From Alistipes sp. (lineage in GTDB: Bacteria > Bacteroidota > Bacteroidia > Bacteroidales > Rikenellaceae): a stretch of DNA of 55,751 bases. The translations under genes and the position numbers were made by a program. Location of the stretch: positions 1 to 55,751 of the forward strand of contig JAFODV010000097.1 in NCBI GenBank assembly GCA_017380515.1, read 5' to 3'. Positions 50,004 to 55,751 of the stretch are shown here, in pieces. The notes beneath the pieces were generated by a model that searched no databases, had not been told where the DNA came from, and saw nothing but the letters and a program-made list of their open reading frames with translations. The stretch's first letter is position 1; every line of letters starts with the position of its first letter.

Positions 50004-51602
50004 ATGAATAGGATTTTTAGATATTTATGTTTGTGTCTACTCTCTGTTGTGGGTGTGGCATGTATCGAAAATGATATTCCATATCCAATCGAGAGAGTCG
50101 ACATCACGGCTATTGATGTTGTTGGCACAATGTCGCCAGCAACAATTGATGTAGCGTCAAGGAGCGTGAAGCTGGAGTTGGAGGAGACAACCGATATTCG
50201 CAACGTGGAGATTCGCTCGATAACAATGACCGAGGGCGCTCAGTCCGATGTCAAGTTTCCTGCAAAGTTCGATCTTCGCACACCGCTCTATGTGAACCTT
50301 ACGAAATATCAGTCGTGGGAGTGGACCATTAGTGCAGAGCAGATGATTGAGCGCTACTTTACTGTTGAGGGTCAGATTGGTGAGTCGGTGATTGACGCCG
50401 AGCACCACATCGCAACGGCGTTGGTGCCTATGGATCACGACATGAAGAGCGTTGTGATTACCTCAATAAAGCTTGGCCCTAAGGATATTACTACCTATTC
50501 TGTTGATCCGTTGACACTCAACGATTTTGAGGCATCAGCACGTAACGTCACGATTACATATCATGATGATATATCTGAAATATGGACACTTCGTGTTGTG
50601 CCTACTGACATAGAGGTTGAGTTCAAGGGCGTTGACGCTTGGGCTAAGCGCATATGGCTCTCGGCTGAGGGACGTAGTGGCGCAGATCTCGGCTTTAAGT
50701 ATCGTCAGGCGGGTAGCGATGAGTGGGTGAGCGTTGAGGGTGTTACTATCAATGGCGGTAGCTTCTCTGCATGTGTCGATGGCCTCGATACACTCACAGA
50801 GTATGAGGTTGTTGCCTACTCTAATGATAGCTTTACCGAAGTTGTGAAGGTTACAACTGAGGATGTTTGGACATTGCCTAACGCTGGCTTCGAGGAGTGG
50901 TCGACAAATAACAATATCGTCTATCCATATCTCGCGGGTGGCGCGCCATTCTGGGGTAGTGGTAACGATGGCGCAGCCTTGGCAAGCACCACTCTTACTG
51001 AGCCTACCGAGGATGTTCGTCCAGGCAGCGAGGGTCAGTATGCTGCATCTTTGCAGTCGAAGAAGGCTGCCATCATGGGCCTTGGTAAGTTTGCTGCTGG
51101 CAACATCTTCTTGGGTGAGTTTGGTGGCTTGGTAGGCATGGATGGTCTCGTTAACTTTGGTCGCCCATCGTCGGCACGCCCTGTTGCGTTGCATGGCTGG
51201 GTTAAATATAACTGTGGCACCATCGACGAGCTTGGTAAGGTTCCATCGTCGCGTCCCGACCTTAAGAAGGGTGATAACGACGAAGGTCATATAGTTATTG
51301 CTGTTGGTAATTGGACCGCCGAGGAGTATGGCGGCTCGCAGGATTGTCCTTTGGTTGTCAACACCAAAGATGAGAGCACATTCCTTGATCTTGAGGGTAA
51401 GAATGTAATTGGCTCGGGAGTGCTTGTCCTCGACAAGTCGACAGATGGCTGGATGGAGTTTACCCTGCCTTTGGAGTATAGCACCACAAGTGAAGTGCCA
51501 ACGCATATTATCATCGTCTGCACAGGCTCACGCTTTGGCGACTACTTCACTGGTTCTACGCAGAGTCTTATGCTTGTAGACGACTTCGAGTTGGTTTACT
51601 AA
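50004..51602 (+). CDS. PCMD-domain lipoprotein
   Basis: GVAC-IENDIPYP lipobox; LPNAGFEEW, WGSGN.G, GKFAAGNIF.G, FGRP, GDYFTGS..S.MLVDDFELVY. Confidence 0.82.
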   Translation: MNRIFRYLCLCLLSVVGVACIENDIPYPIERVDITAIDVVGTMSPATIDVASRSVKLELEETTDIRNVEIRSITMTEGAQSDVKFPAKFDLRTPLYVNLTKYQSWEWTISAEQMIERYFTVEGQIGESVIDAEHHIATALVPMDHDMKSVVITSIKLGPKDITTYSVDPLTLNDFEASARNVTITYHDDISEIWTLRVVPTDIEVEFKGVDAWAKRIWLSAEGRSGADLGFKYRQAGSDEWVSVEGVTINGGSFSACVDGLDTLTEYEVVAYSNDSFTEVVKVTTEDVWTLPNAGFEEWSTNNNIVYPYLAGGAPFWGSGNDGAALASTTLTEPTEDVRPGSEGQYAASLQSKKAAIMGLGKFAAGNIFLGEFGGLVGMDGLVNFGRPSSARPVALHGWVKYNCGTIDELGKVPSSRPDLKKGDNDEGHIVIAVGNWTAEEYGGSQDCPLVVNTKDESTFLDLEGKNVIGSGVLVLDKSTDGWMEFTLPLEYSTTSEVPTHIIIVCTGSRFGDYFTGSTQSLMLVDDFELVY

Positions 51603-51621
51603 CAGCCTGAAGTGTGTTTGG

Positions 51622-51650
51622 AAAATGAGGGTTTCGGCCCTCATTTTTTT
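51622..51650 (+). terminator. Terminator of the PCMD operon
   Basis: AAAATGAGGG-TTTCGG-CCCTCATTTTTTT. Confidence 0.85.
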
Positions 51651-51679
51651 GTTTGCTAAAAATTGGCTATCTTTGTTCT

Positions 51680-52324
51680 ATGACCAAGATTGTTATATTC
51701 GATTTCGACGGCACTATTGGCGATACTCGCCAAAATATTATTGACACCTTGCAGCGCACCATGCGTGAGCGCAGCCTCGAGGTGCGTGGTGGTGATGAGT
51801 GTGCCTCAACCATAGGCCTCACGCTCCGCGATAGCTTCATGACGATGTATCCTACTATGGGTGTTGTGGAGGCCGAGGAGTGTGTTGAGCACTATCGTCG
51901 CATATTCTACGAGAGCATCGAGGAGCACATACCGACGCTGTTTGATGGCGTTGGCGAGGCGCTGGCTCGTCTGCATGCTATGGGCCTTGTGCTCACTATA
52001 GCTTCGTCACGCTCATCGCCCTCGTTGCTTCTGTTCCTCAAGAATATGGGTGTGGCTCACTATTTTAGCTATGTCATCGGTGCAGATAATGTGGCTCGCC
52101 ATAAGCCAGACCCTGAGCCTGTGTTGCAGACCCTCCGTGAGTGCGGCTTTAGCCCCTCTGAGGCTGTTGTAGTGGGCGACATGGCTGTTGATATGCTCAT
52201 GGCTCGCAATGCCTCAGTGCGTTGCGTGGGCGTTACGTGGGGCAACGCCTCACGTGAGGAGCTCGAGGCGTCGCAGGCCGACCATGTTATTGACCATATA
52301 TCGGAGTTGTTCGAGTGTATATAA
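51680..52324 (+). CDS. HAD-family hydrolase (phosphoglycolate phosphatase-like)
   Basis: FDFDGT, ASSR, KPDPEP, GDMAVD motifs; start set at MTKIV. Confidence 0.92.
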   Translation: MTKIVIFDFDGTIGDTRQNIIDTLQRTMRERSLEVRGGDECASTIGLTLRDSFMTMYPTMGVVEAEECVEHYRRIFYESIEEHIPTLFDGVGEALARLHAMGLVLTIASSRSSPSLLLFLKNMGVAHYFSYVIGADNVARHKPDPEPVLQTLRECGFSPSEAVVVGDMAVDMLMARNASVRCVGVTWGNASREELEASQADHVIDHISELFECI

Positions 52325-52595
52325 TTAAGCGGGTAGCATCACTGTAGTGACCCCAAGAGTTTAGGTAAAAGGCTTTTGGGGTTTCTTTATTATGACCCAA
52401 AATTATTTAAAAAAAGTTTGTTTCGTGATGTAATTTTTACTATATTTGTATCGAGTATTTGGTTAGATAGTAAGGGGCTATAACTCTCTTGTGGTATCTA
52501 ATTTGCTGAGTGTGAGGGTGGTTGCATCCTCCCTGCTTGCGTATATTATGAATAAATTAGGACAAAAAACAATAAACAATTAACAAACACTATTT

Positions 52596-54854
52596 ATGAA
52601 AGCTAAGTTTTTAGTATTAGTTGCTTTGGTGCTTGGATTGGCATCATGTCAGACTAATTTTATCGACGGTGTTGAAGTCGATGCTAATGGCGAAGCTGCT
52701 GTTACCCTTCAGGTGGGTTTGCCTGAGGATGTCACACGTGCAGTTTCAAATGCTAATAGCGGTATTGGTGCAATCGGCAACCTTAACCTTGATGCCGAGT
52801 GGGATATTCGTTATATCCTCGAGGTTTACGACTCTAACGGTACTCTTGCCAAGACACGTATGATCAACCGTGAGGATGCAAGCACTGAGACTACTTTCTC
52901 ACTTCGTCTTATCCCTGGTCGTAAGTATCGTTTTGTTGCGTGGGCCGACTTCATTCCTCAGACTCAGCCTGATAAGAGTGATTACCACTATAACACTGAG
53001 AATATTCGCTGCATTGAGCTTAAAAGCGCTCAGTTGCTCAACGACGAGAGCCGTGATGCTTACACAGGTTATGTAGATGTTGACAATTTTAAGAGCTCTT
53101 CATCTATCAGCCTTACTCTTAAGCGCCCATTCGCAAAGTTGCGTGTTGTGACAACTGATATGGCTCACCTCTACACTCAGTTGGTAAGCTCTACAGTTGA
53201 GTACACATCAAAAATCTACACTCAGTTTAATGCTTATGAGTCAAAGAAGATTGCGGGTTCAGAGATCTCTGGTATTAAGAAGACTGTAATGTACAGCGAG
53301 TATGATTATTCTGAGACTGGCGACAAGACTTTGTTCGCTGACTACTTCTTCGGCTCAGAGAATGATGTTGTGCAGTTTACTTTGGATGTTAAGGATAACA
53401 CCACTTACACTATCCCACAGGTTGTGTTCAATACTAGCATTCCTGTTAATCGTAACCACTTGACAACAGTTAAGGGTAACATCCTTACCGATGCTAACGA
53501 TATCACTGTTACTATCGAGGAGAATTTTGATTGTGAAGATGATGATTGTGATGGTAAGATAGAGTGGCCTTCGACTATGGCTGAGCAGCTTGCTTATGCA
53601 GCTATGTTTGGTGGTGAGGTAACTTTGACAGATGATGTTGTAACTATCTCTGAGGGTTTCCACGTGCGTAAGCCTATGACTCTTAATCTTAATGGTAAGC
53701 AGTTGAAGTATACTGGCAACGACGTGTTGTTCCGTGTTGAGGAAGGTGCATCACTCACAATCAATGGTACTACGGATGATAGTGCTATCATTACTAATCC
53801 AACCACCACTAGTCCTACTGGTGCTAATGGCTACATTGCAGTTGTTTATGAGGGTTGTACATTGACATTCAATGGTGGTCAGTATGAGGCTCAGGCTACT
53901 TGCACTATTGCTCAGGCAAGCGGTGGTAAGATCTATGTTAAGGGTGGTACATTCAAGGCTAAGGAGTACGATACAAATGGCGTGAAGGATCACCGCTACA
54001 CATTCAACCACAGCGATAGCTTGAAGAATGTGGGTAAGATTGAGATTACTGGTGGTAAGTTCTACAAGTGGAATCCTTTTGAGAGCCACTCTGAGAACCC
54101 TGCTATGAGCTTTATTCCTAAAGACTATTGCTCATACCCTGATTACTCATACCCTGATGGTGATTTCTATTATGAGGTAATGTCTTGGGACGTAGCAGAA
54201 GGTAGAACATTCGAAACTACATCTAATCGAGATCAAGCTTTTGAGCTTCTTCGTGCTGTATTCCGTCATGGTGGTACGATAAACATCAAAGAGCATCATT
54301 CTTATGGTGATACTACTGATGTTTATCTAACCGAGGCGCTTATTGCTGAAACACGTGATGTGACAATTACAGGTAAAGGTGAGATTGATCTTAAGAGTGG
54401 TGTGGCGTCAATCTATAAGCCAGGTGAAGTATCTGCACTTATCTGTGCTAAGAATGGCGTAACCGTTAAATTCGAAGATTACTCTGGTTACGTAACCTCT
54501 AAGGGCGAGGACTACGCTATCGAGACACGTGGTGGTAACATCGTTGTCAACAGTGGTTATTTCCGAGGAGCTGTCTCTGCTGCTTATGCTCTTGAGGGAA
54601 CTATCACCATCTATGGCGGTGAGTTTTATGAGATCGCTAATACTACTAATTATGGCGCACAGTATCTTCTCAACTGCCACGATGCTAACTACAATGATGG
54701 CAAGAAGGCTAACATCGTAGTTATGGGTGGTACATTTTATGACTTTGACCCTAGTAATAACACAGCTGAGGGTCCTGGTACTAACTTTGTGCCAGCGGGT
54801 TATGAGTCTGAGCCAGATCAAACAGGTACTAAGTATACAGTTTCTCAGATCTAA
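52596..54854 (+). CDS. Fimbrillin-like (DUF6562-type) lipoprotein with two C-terminal beta-rich repeats
   Basis: LASC lipobox, VTR|A, RYILEVY, FVAWADF, NDESRDAY, LKRPFAKLRVVTTD, RNHLTTV.G; promoter TATATTTG at 52441. Confidence 0.75.
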   Translation: MKAKFLVLVALVLGLASCQTNFIDGVEVDANGEAAVTLQVGLPEDVTRAVSNANSGIGAIGNLNLDAEWDIRYILEVYDSNGTLAKTRMINREDASTETTFSLRLIPGRKYRFVAWADFIPQTQPDKSDYHYNTENIRCIELKSAQLLNDESRDAYTGYVDVDNFKSSSSISLTLKRPFAKLRVVTTDMAHLYTQLVSSTVEYTSKIYTQFNAYESKKIAGSEISGIKKTVMYSEYDYSETGDKTLFADYFFGSENDVVQFTLDVKDNTTYTIPQVVFNTSIPVNRNHLTTVKGNILTDANDITVTIEENFDCEDDDCDGKIEWPSTMAEQLAYAAMFGGEVTLTDDVVTISEGFHVRKPMTLNLNGKQLKYTGNDVLFRVEEGASLTINGTTDDSAIITNPTTTSPTGANGYIAVVYEGCTLTFNGGQYEAQATCTIAQASGGKIYVKGGTFKAKEYDTNGVKDHRYTFNHSDSLKNVGKIEITGGKFYKWNPFESHSENPAMSFIPKDYCSYPDYSYPDGDFYYEVMSWDVAEGRTFETTSNRDQAFELLRAVFRHGGTINIKEHHSYGDTTDVYLTEALIAETRDVTITGKGEIDLKSGVASIYKPGEVSALICAKNGVTVKFEDYSGYVTSKGEDYAIETRGGNIVVNSGYFRGAVSAAYALEGTITIYGGEFYEIANTTNYGAQYLLNCHDANYNDGKKANIVVMGGTFYDFDPSNNTAEGPGTNFVPAGYESEPDQTGTKYTVSQI

Positions 54855-54874
54855 TCACAGTTTAGAAACTCTTT

Positions 54875-54912
54875 AACAATAAGAGCTCGGCATCTGCCGA
54901 GCTCTTATTGTT
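54875..54912 (+). terminator. Terminator
   Basis: AACAATAAGAGCTCGGCA-TC-TGCCGAGCTCTTATTGTT. Confidence 0.85.
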
Positions 54913-54982
54913 TTGATTTTAGAAAATATTTTTGTATATTTGTTGTAACTATTTATACTAACAATCTAAATCACTAAAAGCT

Positions 54983-55375
54983 ATGTTGAATACAAATCGA
55001 GGATTAGCCAAGTATTTCTTCCTGTCACTTATTACCTTTGGTATTTATGGCCTTGTGGTGTTGTGTAATGTCTCTATAGATATCAACACCATAGCATCAC
55101 GACGCGATGGTAAGCATACCATGAATTATCTTTTACTATATTTTATTTTTAGTTGGCTGACATTGGGCATTGCCCCTCTTGTATGGTTCCATCGCATCTC
55201 TAATCGTATTGGTGGCCAGCTTGCGGCACGCAATCTGCCTTATAGCTTCAATGCATCTGACTTTTGGTTGTGGTATATACTCGGCTCATTAATCATCGTT
55301 GGCCCATTTATCTATTTTTATAAGTTCTTCAAGGCCATGAACATCATCGCCGACGACTACAACAAGAATTTGTAG
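54983..55375 (+). CDS. DUF4234-like small membrane protein
   Basis: LSLITFGIY and LTLGI..W repeats; promoter TATATTTG at 54935. Confidence 0.8.
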   Translation: MLNTNRGLAKYFFLSLITFGIYGLVVLCNVSIDINTIASRRDGKHTMNYLLLYFIFSWLTLGIAPLVWFHRISNRIGGQLAARNLPYSFNASDFWLWYILGSLIIVGPFIYFYKFFKAMNIIADDYNKNL

Positions 55376-55395
55376 CATTTCTAAGAGCAACGTAA

Positions 55396-55426
55396 ATAGG
55401 CGGCAGTCATCACGACTGCCGCCTAT
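55396..55426. terminator. Bidirectional terminator
   Basis: ATAGGCGGCAGTC-loop-GACTGCCGCCTAT between convergent genes. Confidence 0.8.
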
Positions 55427-55465
55427 CCTCTTTACAGAAACGGTTGTATAACTTTAATGTATAAC

Positions 55466-55750
55466 CTAATTAAACTCCACATCCGCGCCGCCTGATACAT
55501 CCCAATGTACAATTTGGGGATTGCCTTTGATGTGTATATCCGCACCACCCGATGCTGTTAATGAGAGTGTACTGTTGGCTACAGCATCAATATCAGAGCC
55601 TCCAGATGCCTCGATGGTGACATCCTCAGCCTCCAGCTCGCCGCACTTGACATCTGCACCTCCGGAGCTATCAATGCTTAGTTTCTGTGTGACACCCTTA
55701 ATCTGACAGTCGCTACCTCCAGATGCGTTGATGGTGATATCCTCAGCCTC
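55466..55750 (-). CDS. C-terminal part of a GIN-domain (DUF2807) beta-helix protein, truncated by the window edge
   Basis: Manual translation EAEDITINASGGSDC..SSGGADV..ASGGSDI..ASGGADIHIKGNP..VSGGADVEFN*; not in the ORF track. Confidence 0.85.
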   Translation of the reverse strand, partial: EAEDITINASGGSDCQIKGVTQKLSIDSSGGADVKCGELEAEDVTIEASGGSDIDAVANSTLSLTASGGADIHIKGNPQIVHWDVSGGADVEFN

Positions 55751-55751
55751 C

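Noticed and set aside
50535-51506. 323-aa antisense ORF, and many similar shadow ORFs such as 3484-4143
   Set aside because: Antisense or alternative-frame shadows of well-supported genes, explained by codon bias
47600-51602. DGR template/variable repeat pair between the two PCMD domains
   Set aside because: Similarity is patchy and protein-level, differences are not adenine-specific, and no reverse transcriptase is present
950-55750. Active TGA recoding (alternative genetic code)
   Set aside because: All conserved genes are full length under code 11 with no in-frame TGA, and RF2 retains SPF and GGQ

Overview
55.7-kb chromosomal segment of a Bacteroidales bacterium, probably Rikenellaceae/Alistipes-like (inferred from gene content and recurring TAnnTTTG -7 promoter boxes). 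It holds about 38 genuine CDSs. Housekeeping genes: guaA, guaB, an acyl-CoA ligase, queG, cysS, prfB, ftsY, rimO, zapA, rny, prs, engB, plus tRNA-Pro(UGG) and a probable 6S RNA. Accessory loci: a cobalamin-riboswitch-led B12 capture operon, a peptidoglycan-related cluster (NamZ-like, M15 peptidase, two double-YARHG proteins) and a large surface-lipoprotein region (BACON proteins; a 7-gene fimbrillin/DUF4493/PCMD/twin beta-barrel operon; a further fimbrillin-like gene). Most unusual signals: (1) a family of ~127-bp modular hairpin units with a GTAC-N5-GTAC apex, sitting singly or in tandem right after the stop codons of guaA, cysS and rny, with covarying and apparently shuffled ends; (2) none of the 38 genes ends in TGA, and prfB lacks its +1 frameshift; (3) a type V pilus-like operon with carbohydrate-module proteins; (4) an AT-rich secreted orphan with a caspase/gingipain-like His-Gly...Cys signature. 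The first ~700 bp look chimeric. No integrase, transposase, reverse transcriptase or CRISPR array was seen. All family calls come from motif recognition by eye, not database searches.
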